A stretch of 64,000 nt of DNA from Azolla caroliniana. Its lineage: Eukaryota; Plantae; Polypodiophyta. Made by a program: the position numbers and the translations under genes. Below are positions 37,884 through 51,400 of this stretch, one piece after another (position 1 is the stretch's first letter; each line of letters begins with the position of its first letter). Location of the stretch: the NCBI GenBank assembly GCA_043228905.1, contig JBHGNT010000009.1, positions 17,174,001-17,238,000 on the forward strand, in the 5' to 3' direction. The notes below the pieces were generated by a model. The model made no database searches and was not told the origin of the DNA. It saw only the letters and a program-made list of their open reading frames with translations.

Positions 37884-40800
37884 TAGCCTTTCTACAAGGC
37901 GAATTAGAAGAGGAGGTGTATATGATACAACCACCCAGCTTCAACTCAAGCACTGCGTGCTTGGCATTCGAAGATAACGCAATATCTTCATCAAATCGGC
38001 TTCCCTATGTCAAAATATGACAATTCCCTCTACATACGAAGCGATTCCGCAAGTCCAATCGTCATCATCTTATATGTGGATGACCTAGTCATTGGAGGTG
38101 AGCATCTCGTTGAAATCAATCAGGTCAAATCCCTCCTTTCCAACAAGTTCGAGATGACGGCCATGAAGGAGCTCCACTACTTCCTCGGCATAGAGGTAAT
38201 TCGGACTCCGGCCGGAATCATGATCTATCAACAACACTATATCCTCAACTTGTTATACAAGTTCGGGATGACTGAGTGCAAAATCCGCGAAAACCCCGCT
38301 CGATCACAATCTCAAACTAGATGCGAACTCCGGCACCAAAGCGTGTGAGCCGACTCAGTATCGGCAACTCATCGGGAGTCTCATCTACCTCACGATCACT
38401 CGACCTGATCTCAATTATCTGATCGGTCTCCTTAGCCAATTCATGCAAACACCGTGTGGTACTCACTTGGATTGAGCTAAGCGAGTTCTACGATACGTGA
38501 GCGGCACAATGCATTGTGGCATCCTCTACAAGACCGTGATGCCAATACGCCTCGAGGGGTACACTGACGTTGATTGGGCCGGCTACAAAGCCGATAGAAG
38601 ATCAACCTCCGGATTTATTTTTTCCCTCGGCAGCGGAGCAATATCCTCGAGCAGCAAAAACCAACCAATCGTCGCTCTTTCGAGCATAGAGGCGGAATAC
38701 AGGAGCGCGGTAGTGGCTGCATGTGAAACCGTGTGGCTCAAAAGAATACTCAAGGATTTGGGCGTACCCATCAAGGATTCAACTTCCCTTTACTGCGACA
38801 ACATGAGCAATGTCTATATGGCTCGGAACCCGATGTTCCACGCGCGAACAAAGCACATCGAAGTGCACTATCACTTCATCCGAGAGCGTGTTCTAGTTGG
38901 CGATGTCGACCTACAACACATTAGCACCAATCTCCAAATGGCCGACATCTTCACTAAAGCCTTAGGAGCCGACAAGTTGTGGCAATTCATGACCGATCTC
39001 GGATTGATGATCCCTGACCTGCCAAGTTTGAGGGGGAGTACTAAAGACACTACGCAATAACGCGTGGATTCCGTAACCGCGCAACGAAGCCGCGAAGAAA
39101 GACGCAAGCCGAAGCACAGACTTCGCAACTACGCACAACGCAAGCTGGAGCACAGATTCCGCAACTCCGCATAAATGCGAGTCGACGCGGACTCCAAAAC
39201 GTGAGTTGAAGCGGATTTCGGATACCGTCTAAAACCGACCCAACTTGAGCTTGAGGGGGCGTGTTGAGAATCAAGCTCAACTTGGTCTAGTGTGTGAACT
39301 CACCTTGAGAGTGAATAGACACTCCCACAGTCAAGAGTCACCATTATGCCACCTCTTTGTATTCTAGCATTTAGTATGAGTCATAGAAACATATTTTATG
39401 ACACATAACTTATGAGCTTTCACATTCCCCGTGCTCCATGAGTCTTGTAGTTAATGAAGAGAGAGGGTGACTATATAAAGCACCCTCCTCCCACCTTGTA
39501 TATGTCGAGTCTTTCTCCTTTGTTAATATACTTTACCTTGCGTATTCTCTGTGTTTTACTCCTTGTCTCTCTCACTCTCTCTCTCTCTCTCTCTCATACA
39601 CACACATAATTCACATCTCTTCCGCTTCACAAGAATCATATTTGATTCTTTACATATACAAACACTCAATGATTTTGAATGTTAAAACATTTATGAATTT
39701 ATGTCTTCCTTCTATGTATCAATAGAAATTATTGAGGGAGAAGCTATAATTGAAGACAGAATGGAAGATAATTTAATTTACATAAACTCTTGAAGTCAAG
39801 AGATTGGGGGCTTTTGAATTCACGGCCTTGTGTTTGTGGACTAGACTTCAAGTTTGTTACTTTGATATATGGCATGTAGTTCAGGAGAAATAGATAAACA
39901 AGAAAAACAAGAATGTGACCCTAGGACATTGCATGTTGAAAGTCAAATGATTGCGTATAATGTTAATAGATCGTAGGGTTTATCGATTATGCTAATGTAT
40001 GAGATATTATGTGCGCATGTGTGATATATAGAAAGAGAGAGAGTAAGCTTGAGTTTCTGGAATGTGTTTGTTTTGCACAATTTCAAAGGAACATGTAGAC
40101 ATCAATTTATCAATTGTCTAGTGGCAAGGCTATAATTTATAAGTGGAGTGTCAAAATCTTCGTTTTAATGGGTGTTTGGTCATTTGAAACCAAGAAAACC
40201 TTTTGCACATTTTGAGATAGTCGTTCAATATCTAAGGCATTGGGGATTATGGCATAATTAGCATATGCAGAATGCCTTTATTTTTTATGTTGAATATGGG
40301 GTTGAAAGATACTTTTAACGATTAAAAGGCATACTAGTATAATAGTTTTCCTTATTGGAAACTTTAGGGAGGTTGTCAAAGAGGAAATTAAAGATTTGTA
40401 GGCTAGCAATGCGTCATGTTCGTCGTTTGCATTGGCCTTTATCAATTGGGACTTTTAGCTCCATAATGATGGATGCATCTAGATATAGATTAGCGGTGTC
40501 ACGAGAATTCTTATTGATTGATTATGTGGGTACCCATAGGATATCATAGTTCATATACTATTGTAATGACTTCCGTAATTAACATGTTATTATTTATGGG
40601 GGAAAAGTGAGTATGCATGAAGGTTGTCTAGTGTGTTATGGAACCCATGATATTATATTAGTTTCATTGTTGCCATGGACAAAGACAGCTTTGCATTCCT
40701 TATTTCGCTCAGGTCGAATTAGTAGTGGAGAAAGAAGGCTAAGATGGGAATCACATGGGTTGCATGGGACCATCTAACAATTCCTTAGCACTTCGGGGGA

Positions 40801-40976
40801 GTTGCATATTGGGACTTATCTATATTGCATAATATGGCGAATAGATTTTCATTATTGTGAGACACATGTTTATACTTGCAACCATGAAATCGATTGTCCA
40901 AATTTCATCGAGAACGACAGTATAACACATGGGAGGACAACGATGAAGGCATCATAGTGATAATCGCTAAACATAT

Positions 40977-42068
40977 TGTTAGTATTTAAGGCCAGATATA
41001 AACAAAAAGGACAGAGACAGAAACAAAAAACTCAAAGTACACAATACACAAGATTTACGCGGAAACCCTAAACAAGGAAAACCATGGAGCAACAAAGTTT
41101 CACTATGATTCCAAAGTACAAAGAGTAGGTTACAACGCTCTCAAGCTTTCTATATATAACACTCAGATATTAGAGAATCCATTACTAGGGTTTGGGCAAG
41201 TTCCACAAAACTTTGCCTTCACTTCTTCTCTCACTCACACTCTTTCTCTTCTCTTCTCCTCAATGTATCTCTTCCTTGCTTAGTTCTATTGCTACAACAC
41301 TATGTATATTTTTGCCCTAGCTCCATATGTGTGTGAATAAGATATTATCATAATATAACAATAATATTAATTAATTGGTCGACTTGTCGACTCAACTATC
41401 CTACCCACAAGTCTAGTCTGGTCAGTTCAACTAGCCTACTCCTATTGTCGACTATTTAGTCGATTCGATTAGTCGACTAGCCGACTACTATTGTCGACCA
41501 TTCGGTTTATCTGACTAATCAGCCTTCTCTTTGACTATCCGGTCAGTCCTACTAGTCGACTCGTCTTTGTCCACATGATCAGTTCCACTAGTCGGCCTCT
41601 TCTTCATTCACATAGTCGGTTCGACTACTCGGCCTCAACTTCAACTATTGGGTTGGCTCGACTAGTCGACTCAATTATTCGGCCAAACCATCCAATCCTC
41701 AAGTCTTCACATCTATTGATCCTCGATACAGTCGACTCGTTGGTCGATTTGGCCGACTGACTAGAATTTGATTTCTGACTTCTCCCATTAAGAGGGATAA
41801 AATCCTAACCACCTCCCCCTTCACTCCTGTCGGGAGAGTCGGTCAAACCTGTCTTTTGTCGACAAGCACTGAATCTTTCCATAGGTAGGGTTTTCGTGAG
41901 CATGTTTGATCCATTATCATCAAAATGGATTTTCACAAGGCCAAGCCATCCAATCCTCATGTTTTCACATCTGTTGATCCTCAATACATTCGACTTGCTA
42001 GTTGATATGGCTGACCAAGTAGAATTTACTTGCCGACTTCTCCCATTGGGAGGGATAAAGTCTTAACA
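40977..42068 (-). mobile_element. Collapsed Ty1/copia deletion derivative (partial 5' LTR + RNase H tail + PPT + 3' LTR)
   Basis: TSD CATAT/CATAT; 41941-42068 repeats 41683-41811; minus-strand LVKIHFDDNGSNMLTKTLP; PPT AGGGGGAGG ~41812-41820. Confidence 0.85.
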
Positions 42069-42079
42069 CATATGTATTC

Positions 42080-42117
42080 TTTAAAGATTCGTGAGGGATT
42101 ATGTGCAGCTGAAGAGA

Positions 42118-42176
<59 letters not shown>

Positions 42177-44232
42177 ACATTGTATGCAGGAAATGAGAAA
42201 AATTGTATTAACAAGACAAGAATGCACCAAAAGTTACAAAGAGGGAGAGAAAGGTGCTTATGTAGTCACCTTCTCTCTATACAACCACCACTTACTAAAG
42301 AGAGGTGGAGACTTAATTGCACTAAATATGTTTCATAGAACTTTAAGGTTCAATGACAAACTAGTTACTATATTAGGAGGTGGGGTGTTCACACACTTAA
42401 GTATATTGAGGTGTGTTCGTAGGCTAGGTAAGTTGAGTTTGATTCTCAACACATCCAGGATCCCTTTGCTCACGTTCCTCTCTTTCGAGAACGGTTGACG
42501 ATGTTGTTTGTCGGACTGGCAGGCTTCACATACGCCCGTAATCTCCTTCTAGGTAAAGGTCGGCAGTCTGATGACAACTCCTTTCGACTACATTCCTTTG
42601 AGCTTCTAGAAATTGATGTGGCCGATTCGTTTGTGCCACAGTTCTATGTCGGCGTCATCTTTATGGCCCTTGGCAAACATTACCGATTTCATCTCCTGAG
42701 AATCGAGGATGAACATTTGGCCTTCTCTTTGGCCACGAGCAATAATTCGACCTTCATTTTCGATGAAGCACCCGTTGTCGTTCAAGCGAATTTGCATGCC
42801 CTGTTCCACGATCTGGCCGATTGAGACAAGATTCTTTGTTATCGTTGGAACATGCAAGACGTTCTTAATGTAGGTCTTGTTGCCCTCTTCGCCGAATGGG
42901 ACATTACCGAAATGTTGAATGTGGTGAATTGTGTCATCCCTAGTTTCCACATAGCCAGGTCAATTAGGTTTTCGCAATTCTCAAAACCAATCTTCATGAG
43001 ACGTCATGTGATTGGATGCACCCAAATCAACAAACCATACATTTTCTGAGTTGGTGGTGCTTGTCAGCCATGATGTCGTCATTGAATTCGCTCTATGCCG
43101 CATCATGAACATTCCGCCATGATCATCGTAGTCGGAGTTTGAGGTGTAGTTGGTGAGTTGTCAACTCGTGAAAGCAGACTCACTCTTCTTCTTCCGACAT
43201 TCTGCCTCATAGTGGCCAAATTTGTCATAGTATTCGCACTAGATGGAATTATTTTGTCGGTTGGTTTTGGCATGATTGCTCCCCCTTCTACAAGACGCTC
43301 CGCTTCGCCTTGCGCATTTGAAACGTCTTGCCGGTAGTAGAAGTTGTGTTCTCGGGGTTATTCTTGGTTATGTTGGCCTTGGCCGAATCGGCCTCTTCTT
43401 CCCCAACCTTGTCCTCTTCCTCCATCGAATTTTGAATAGAGCATGTGTCCTTACACATTGCCTCTTGTTCGAACATGATTTTCTTTGATTAGTAGCATCG
43501 ACTAGAGACGAAAGGAGGGAGGATTCTCCCTTGTGAGGACGATCGACCTTATTGCGTTGAACCGAGGTGCTAAGCCATCGAGGCATATTTGTACCATTTC
43601 ATTGTCGTCAATGTTGACATTGATGGACATGAGGGCATCACACAACTCCTTCATCTTTAAGGTGTAGTTGGCGATCGACGTGTCTCTCTGTTGAATATTG
43701 TTCAACTCTTGACCGAGTTGAAGCTTTCTTGCGGTCGTGTTGGCCGTGAATATCTTTTTGAGATTCCCCCATGCCTCATTCGGCGTTTTGGCCTCTCGAA
43801 TGTAGTTGAGCATGTGATCATGAATGCATGATGCAAGGCAATACAACGCACGACTCACCTCTTGCTCCCAGGTTGGTTAGTCAACATGTGTTGGGTTGGG
43901 TTGTGTTTCTTGTGCTCCTTGAATATAACTCCAATAGCCTTGATCGACAAGGTATTGGTGCATCTTGTACTCCCAAGATGCAAAGTTGTTTCTGTTGAGT
44001 TTCTCGGCGGGAAGAGCACTTCCCATATGAGTGTTCATAAAGAGATGACTTTTTTGGAGGAGTTTTCTTCTTCTTCTTCTCTTGATACGAGCTGTGGTGG
44101 TTGCTGCTACAGTGATCGTCCTGTTCTTTGTGAACATAGGCTTAGACACAACACACATGGATGGGCTTGGATCAGGCTATCAATTGCTCTGATACCATGT
44201 AAAGAATCATGAGGGATTCTGTGCAGCGGAAG

Positions 44233-44307
<75 letters not shown>

Positions 44308-44791
44308 GCCCATATGGATGTAGCTCAGTTGGTAAGGTTTCCTAACAGAGACCAGGGGGTCATGGGTTCAACCCCTACATTCCACGATGGCATATAGTGA
44401 AATAAGAGATATCTATAGAGTATGTAATAGAGAGGCGAGAAAATTGGGTTGTGAACCCAAGATGTAGTGCTAGTAGTGTATAACAACTTACCACTAAGGT
44501 AAGCTAATTACGATACAGAGAGAGAGAGAGAGCGAACACATTATATGCAAGAAACGAGAAAAACTGTATTAACAAGACAAGAATGCACCAACAATTACAA
44601 TGAGGGAGATAAATGTGCTTATGTAGTCGCCTTCTCTCTGTACAATCACCACACTTATTAAAGAGAAGTGGAGACTTAACTACACTAAATATGTGTCATA
44701 AAACTTTAAGGTTCTATGACACACTAGTTACTATATTAGGAAGTGGGGTGTTCACACACTTGAGTATACTAAGGTGTGTTCCTATACTAGG
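42080..44791 (-). mobile_element. Ty1/copia element E (family A), internally deleted (no INT core/RT/RH)
   Basis: PBS (rc GCTCTGATACCA) 44186-97; LTRs 44198-~44791 (truncated) and 42080-42451; gag, PR and LWHKRIGH then abrupt join to LTR with no PPT. Confidence 0.88.
44306..44516 (+). mobile_element. tRNA-derived SINE-like element inserted in the (GA)n tract of an LTR
   Basis: A-box TAGCTCAGTTGG (44321-32), B-box GGTTCAACCCC (~44365-75); flanked by (GA)n on both sides; absent from sister LTR 42080-42451. Confidence 0.8.
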
Positions 44792-47700
44792 GATCATATT
44801 CTAATTAAGATTCATCACTCTTCATGTGTTCAATATTCGGTTGTCTTGTGGCATGACACACTCCTATGATATGTATGGAAACCGTGATCCAATACAGAGG
44901 ATTGTAATTCTTTGCAAAAAGAGTCACTCATGGCTTTTCGGCTATTGTGTTGGTTTGGAAAGGAGAGATTGTGCTCTCAATTTAATTGTTTGTTTAGATT
45001 GGGGTTCAAAGAGGTGGGAGATGTAATTAAGGCTTGATCTCAAATAAATTTGGAGCTTATTGAAGCACGACAATTATTACTTATACCGCCAAAGTATGGG
45101 TTTATATGGCAACAACAAAAAATAACATTGATGCAAGGTCATTTACCACTACAAACCGAATACCAACTGTGGGTTGATCGACATTTATGGGGTCAAATGT
45201 CATTTTTACAATTGCTTATTAATCTCTTGCATCATTGCTTCATTGAGTATGTTCAAGGGCTATCGTTTAAGAATAAAGAAAAAATGGAAATACAAACTCT
45301 AATTATGGATGGTGGTTGATCTTGAAACGTAGTTATCATTCTAAGTTGCCACTTGTAGTAAAAGTCTTCATTTGGAGAATTTTGTTTGGGGATTTGCCTT
45401 TAAGATTAGCTCGCCTTATGTCCTCAGAGGTCAAATATGATCCATGGGACAAGAATCAAATCATTTCTCCATCATATGTGTGCAAATGAGTTGCAAGACA
45501 TGAATTTAGAGGTTTTTTTTATATCGATAAACATCACAACCAAGAGTGCAATAAGAGACAATGAGAGAATATGTGTATGGATTTTGATACTGCATGGGGA
45601 ATGCAAATGTCATCAAGAGTAAAAAAGATCATAATAGAAAATGTGAGAACCCACTCCTAAAAATCCTAAGAAAATGTTGGTACCAACTAAGATCACCCTC
45701 CTTTGATGAACAAGAGGGTGGCTCAGATAACAATTTTCATTAGTAGGGTACCATCCTAGACGCTTATATGTAGAACAAGCAATATGCTTGAAATGTAGGT
45801 TGCCTGCACAATACTCAATAAAACTAGAATTTAGTTGGATAAATGATTAAGCTTAATAGAAGTGGCATCTATCAAATGGTTGACAATCGATATTGTTAGG
45901 TGCATTAAGCCAAAAATATTTTTTCCATCTAAGATGGTTTGGTTGAAATATACTCTAAATACGTTTTATATGTATATTTTATGTGTTTAATAATAAATTT
46001 CATACAATTAGGAGCTTACTCGTTGGCCAACCATATATTTGGTAAACAAGTTTTGCAAAGTTATATGCAAGCTCGATAATTTTGAATACCAAACATTTAT
46101 GTCTTCCTTCTCTCTATCTACAGAATATATAGAGAGAGCGTGTGATTGAAGAGAATAATGAAGATACTTTAAATTACTTAAATCTCTTTGAGTTAAAAGA
46201 TCATGGGTTTTGAATCCATGGCCTTGTGTTTGGAGTTTGGTCTTCAAGTTCATTACTTCAATATATGACATATAGTTTAGGAGAACTTGACAAATGGTGC
46301 GAGAAAGTTGTGCAAAAATTAAGGATTTGAACCTAGGACATTGCCTATTGAAAGTCAAATAATTGCATAGATAGTTAGCTAATCGTGATGTTTGTCAAAT
46401 ATGCCAATAATTGAGTCATGATGTGTGAGATAGATAGCCATATTTTGTCGCAATGTAATCCGAGACGGAGTCTGTTTTTTCCTATTTACGAGATATTGGA
46501 GATTACGTCATAAATGGGTATATGCAGAATGCTTATTAACACATCTACAAAAGTGGTAGACAGTATTGCTGTGGCAATTCAGTTTATTTGATGCCAAGAT
46601 AGTGGGTCTTTGAACAATTCGCATACGTCAATTCGTAATCAGAGACAAAGACTGTTTATCCTATTTCAGAGGCATTGGAGATTGCGCCGTAATCGGTATA
46701 TGCGAAATGCTTGTTAGCACATATGTGAAACTGGTAGAGAGTACTGATGTGGCAACTCTGTTTATTGGAGCAAGCTGGAGTTCTTTCTTCGGTGGAAAGT
46801 GTTCATCATATTGCCTGTTGGGGATTTCAACATGTCCCACTAGCGGTGAGACACCACTCAATCGTGGTAAAAATTATAGTGTTTTTCACACACACACATT
46901 CATTCATTCATATAATTGTGCCGCATTGTAACTGGAAGTGCGAAACTCTCTACTCCCCCCGAGACTGATGAGAGGGGTAGCGTCTGGAAATATCGTAAAA
47001 GTAAGTAGAGAGGGGCACGTTGTGGCAAATATTAAAAAAGACGGTGTTGTGTTCAGAGTCTTTTTTACACACTAAAATGACTCACTTTATCCCTCTCTTT
47101 TCTTATTTTTTGCTTTTTCATTCTTTTTGGGCTTTCCTCTAGAAAAGTATATGTATGTATGTATGTATATGAAGCCATTTATTATTTTTTCATTTTCGTG
47201 CTTGTATGTATTATTTCTCCGTCCACTTCTTCTTCTTCTTCTTCTTCTTCTTCCAAAAGCGTCGCGATTTCTTCGTCTTCGTTTTCTTCTTCTTTTTCTG
47301 CTGCTGCTTCTGCCTTCTGCTCCTGCTCCCGCAAACCCTAACTGTGCGTGCCACTCGCCACGTCTTTCTCGCCGGGGTCACCTTCTCTCCTCAGGTTCGC
47401 TGCTCCCTCTCTCTTCTCCTACATCTTCGTCTTCTTCCCAGTTGTTTCCTTCCGTTCGCTGCTCAGAAAAATAAATACAACACCGCAATCTGCATCTTCA
47501 CCATCGATCCATCCTGCTCTGACAATCCACCACGGAAAACAAAGCTTCCACATTTTAACGTTTTTCTTTCTGTTTTTTTAAAATAAGAAGCACATTGAGC
47601 TTTATTTTAAGTTCATCTCTGCATCGAATCCTTCACATGCTGCGCTTGCATATAACATTCTCTTTCTTCTCTTTAATCTGATTCTTTACAGAGTACAGAC

Positions 47701-48477
47701 ACCGACTCTGCTTTTAGCTTTCTTACGTTGCCTCTCTCTCTCTCTCTCTCTGCCTGATGATGGTGGGAGACAAGGTCTCACAGTAGAAAGAAGAGATTGC
47801 GCTATCTATGACAACAAGGTTATAATGTATTTTCCATTTCGCCAGGATGCAAATTCCAAAGAGGTTCCATTTTTCCTCATCTCTTTTCTGCTTCCTTTTC
47901 AATGTACATCTTTGATGTGGTCATTACTTTGTTGGAAAATGTAAACTAAACTTATCTATCCATTGTTGGCTGGCATATGCATACATATACATACACACAA
48001 ACATATAAGTGAATATGGATGCTATTGTTGTCCGGTCTGTTGTAAATTATGTTGTTCGCTGGCCTGAACTAATACATCCATTTTGTCTAGCATACATACA
48101 TACAAATTATCGTTCTATTTGATGAAAATTCAGACATATTTGAACTAGAGCTAAGCTTATTCAGCCATTGTTAGTTCTCAAATGATCCTTTTTTGGCTAC
48201 TTTTTGGATGCTGTTTACTGAGCTGATTCATCCATTACTATTTAACATAGTAATTTTCGTTTTATTGGATGTGAATTAGCTTATTTTCAGTGTAAACTGC
48301 ACTTATAAGCACATTTTGTCTGTTTATAACTATTCTTTTTTTTCCTCATGTAAAATCATAGCTGGATTTAATATACTATGTTTACACATTTTACCAGTGA
48401 TTTATAATATCTAGATAATGTATATAAATTAGTTGTGAAGTAGCTATGGCTGATTGAGGTGTTGTTCACTGCAGTCA

Positions 48478-51400
48478 ATGCTTAACAGCACAGGAAACTC
48501 GAACTTGCTTGATTCTAATAGCACAACAAGACCATTCACATCATCGTTCTCAGGACAATCTGGCTCAAATCCTATTTTCCATCAGACAGGTAAAGAAAAA
48601 TAGAGAGCGTGCATAGGGAAGAATCCTCTTGTGAATAATGCAAGGTAGTGTCGAATGTCAAACGTTGAAAGGGTTTCAGTTCTTTGATGCATGCAGGATT
48701 GATTGTTTTGGATTGGCTATGATTCAGGCAGCATTCAGGGGTTGCAGAACGTGCATGGGAATTACAATATGCCGACGATTCCTTCAATCTCTTCGAGAAA
48801 TTCTGGTCTAGGATCTGCACCAGGTGGTTCTGCTCACCAATCACCAGGAAGATTCACTAGCAACAACTTATCATCTTCTTTGGCTCAGGCATGTTTATTC
48901 TTTGCTATTTTCACTATTATTTTTTGTTATTCTTATTCTGCGTTCTCTATTAGGACTCCTGTTGATGTAGGTGATGGAATATTACTGATGGAAAAAGTCT
49001 GAAATACCCCTGATTATTATTTTTATTTTCACTAAATGCCCTTGTATGTTTGTTATTTCCCCAAATGCCCTTTGCCAACTCCCAAAGAAGGCAATAAACT
49101 GACTGTATAATCATCAAATAATACTATAGTTGAGAAAAAGGGGAGAAATTGACTATATAATTGCTCAACTAGTGCATATGATCACTCTTTCACAGTTTGA
49201 CCAAGGGCATTTGGGGAAACTATGAAAATTTGGGGGCATTTGGGGAAATAAAGAAAATGTTAGGGGCTTTTTGGATTTGTTGTCTTGTTTTTTATGTGGA
49301 AGTTCTATTTCCCTTCCTTATAAAAGCAATACCTTGAATATTTCAGATATCCCATAGCGGACTGCATGGTATGACAAGTAGGAGTGGCGGGAGTGTTGGG
49401 GGAAGCAGTGCATATAGTACGAGTATGAATGGATCTGTCAGTTCTGTTTCGGGGCCCTCTCAAGGTTCGGGAGGTGTGAACAATAGAGGAACACTTCCTG
49501 GTTTAGGGGTTTCTCCATCAATGATGGGAGGTGCTGGTCCTCGTATAACAAGCTCGGTCAGCAATATGGTCACTGGTTCTGTGAGTGGCGGTGCTAGCAT
49601 GGGTCGCACCATTAATCCTGGAAGTGGACTCAATCTACCCACTTTCAGTGGTTCACGGGTGAATCTAGGTTCAAGTAATGTGTCTGGAGGTGTTGGTATG
49701 CAAGGACCTGGAAGACCTCTCAGTAATGTACTTCAACAAGGTAAACATAATTTCAACTCAAACGGGAACCTTATCCTTAAGTATTGTTCAGATGATAAGT
49801 TCTACCCATAATCTCAAAGTTTTTTCACTGATAATACAAATAGAATGCAATTTACTAATCGTAAGTAATTATTCTTTAATCCTGGACTGGAAACGCTGAT
49901 AATCCTGAGTTTGTGCCAGTTTTGCTAATAAAGTGCTTGCTTTTAGCCAAATCAGCAAACATGTTTATCCATAAAGTTTGTCAGTGTTTGAATCAGAACT
50001 TGTCCTCAACTTGTCTAATCAAGGAGCAGAAAGAACTTACTAGAGTGAAATGTTCATATATATATATATATTTATTTATTATGCATTCTAGATTTGAAAT
50101 GCTGAGAAATCTCGACTTTGTCCCAGTTTTACTAATGAAGTGCTCAGTTTTAGTCAAACTAATGAACATGCTTATCCATAAGTTTTGTTAATGTTCGAAT
50201 CAGCTATTATCCTCAACCTGTTCAGTTTAAGGAGCATAAAGATCTGATGAGAATGAAAGGTTCATATATATTTGTTGTGTGCATGTGTATATCTACACAC
50301 AACATATGTATATGTGCTACATTACAGATGCATATATGTATCTGCATGTTCACACACATTTTTATACATGGACGTACGTATGTATTTAAATTTGAAGCCA
50401 ATATTTTCGGTTTAATAATGGTTGCCACATGGACATGTTCCTAAAACCTCCCTTTAATTGTTTGAAAATTTGAACTGACACAACTTTCATTCTTAACACA
50501 ACACTAAAAATATTCATAGTTTGAAAAATCTGAAATCTCTAAGAATTGACTTGTAGGACGTAGTCTGAAAACCTGTATCTTGTTCAAAACCCTAACCTTT
50601 AGATACAGACAGCCTCATACAGCTTGCAGCTCATGAGAGAGAATACTAGAACTCAATTCCAATGTAACTGAGGAAACATCAATAAAAACTCGTGTGGTAT
50701 CTCTAAACACTTCCATTTTGAAACTCAAAATCTGCGTAGACTATATGCAAACTGGGCCATAGACTTGTCCCATGTGCTGAGTTCATATACAATTGCTGGT
50801 TTAGTTTCCCGATCACATAGAGTTTCCTTTCTGGGAGAAGTAAACAGTTATTAGTGCCAACTAGGTTTTGACCATTTAAGATTCAAAGAGAAAGGAAAAA
50901 CAGGTTCTCCAGACAACTACAATGGTCTAAATATTGTGGGAAAGGGTTTCCTTATCGACAAAGAAATTTTATGATCATAATTATGAGAAGAAGGTAGAAA
51001 ACTCGCCAAGACATTGACTAAGCTTATGACAGTCAATTGAATATCTTGTAGCATGAAAGGTGGAAAAGATGAGAAAAGAACTATCCCTCTGCATTTAGGG
51101 AAATGATGTAATTTGACATTGATGAATCTCTTTTACAACCAACTATTAAGTTCTAATAAAAAAATATTCAGCCAAATGCTGGACTCTAGTGCACAAACAT
51201 ATAATGTGGTTTGATGTTTGAATGAGGCAGTGATTTAGCTTTATATAACCGAATAGAAAGAGAAAACAAAGATGTACACTTTTAGTGATATTCATTGGAC
51301 CTTGAAATATTGATCCTATCTTCAATTACACAATCCTAAAGCTGAATGTATGGGTGTAAAAACAGTTGTGATGGGAAATTGTTCTTAGTTCTTGCTCAGT

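Larger units (their letters stand above)
32145..39654 (+). mobile_element. Full-length Ty1/copia element B (family A), pseudogenised, carrying two nested insertions
   Basis: 5' LTR 32145-32533, PBS TGGTATCAGAGC 32534-45, gag-PR-INT-RT-RH motifs with stops and frameshifts, PPT 39251-61, 3' LTR 39262-39654, TSD TATAC/TATAC; LTRs differ at roughly a dozen sites by eye. Confidence 0.97.
40330..45600 (+). mobile_element. Degenerate L1-like LINE 3' region, split by copia insertions
   Basis: WVAWDHL.IP...GG motif ~40755-40800 and zf-RVT-like LP..VKVFIWRIL.GDLP ~45347-45402; boundaries approximate. Confidence 0.55.

Noticed and set aside
44306-44385. Functional tRNA gene
   Set aside because: No proper acceptor or anticodon stems and no oligo-T terminator; part of an inserted repeat.
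46941-46995. Hammerhead-like words CGAAAC and CTGATGAG close together
   Set aside because: No GUC/NUH site and no stem I or II can be formed in any permutation; likely NOT2 promoter sequence.
47127-47586. Hydrophobic ORFs upstream of NOT2
   Set aside because: Translations of (CTT)n pyrimidine-rich 5' UTR/promoter sequence.
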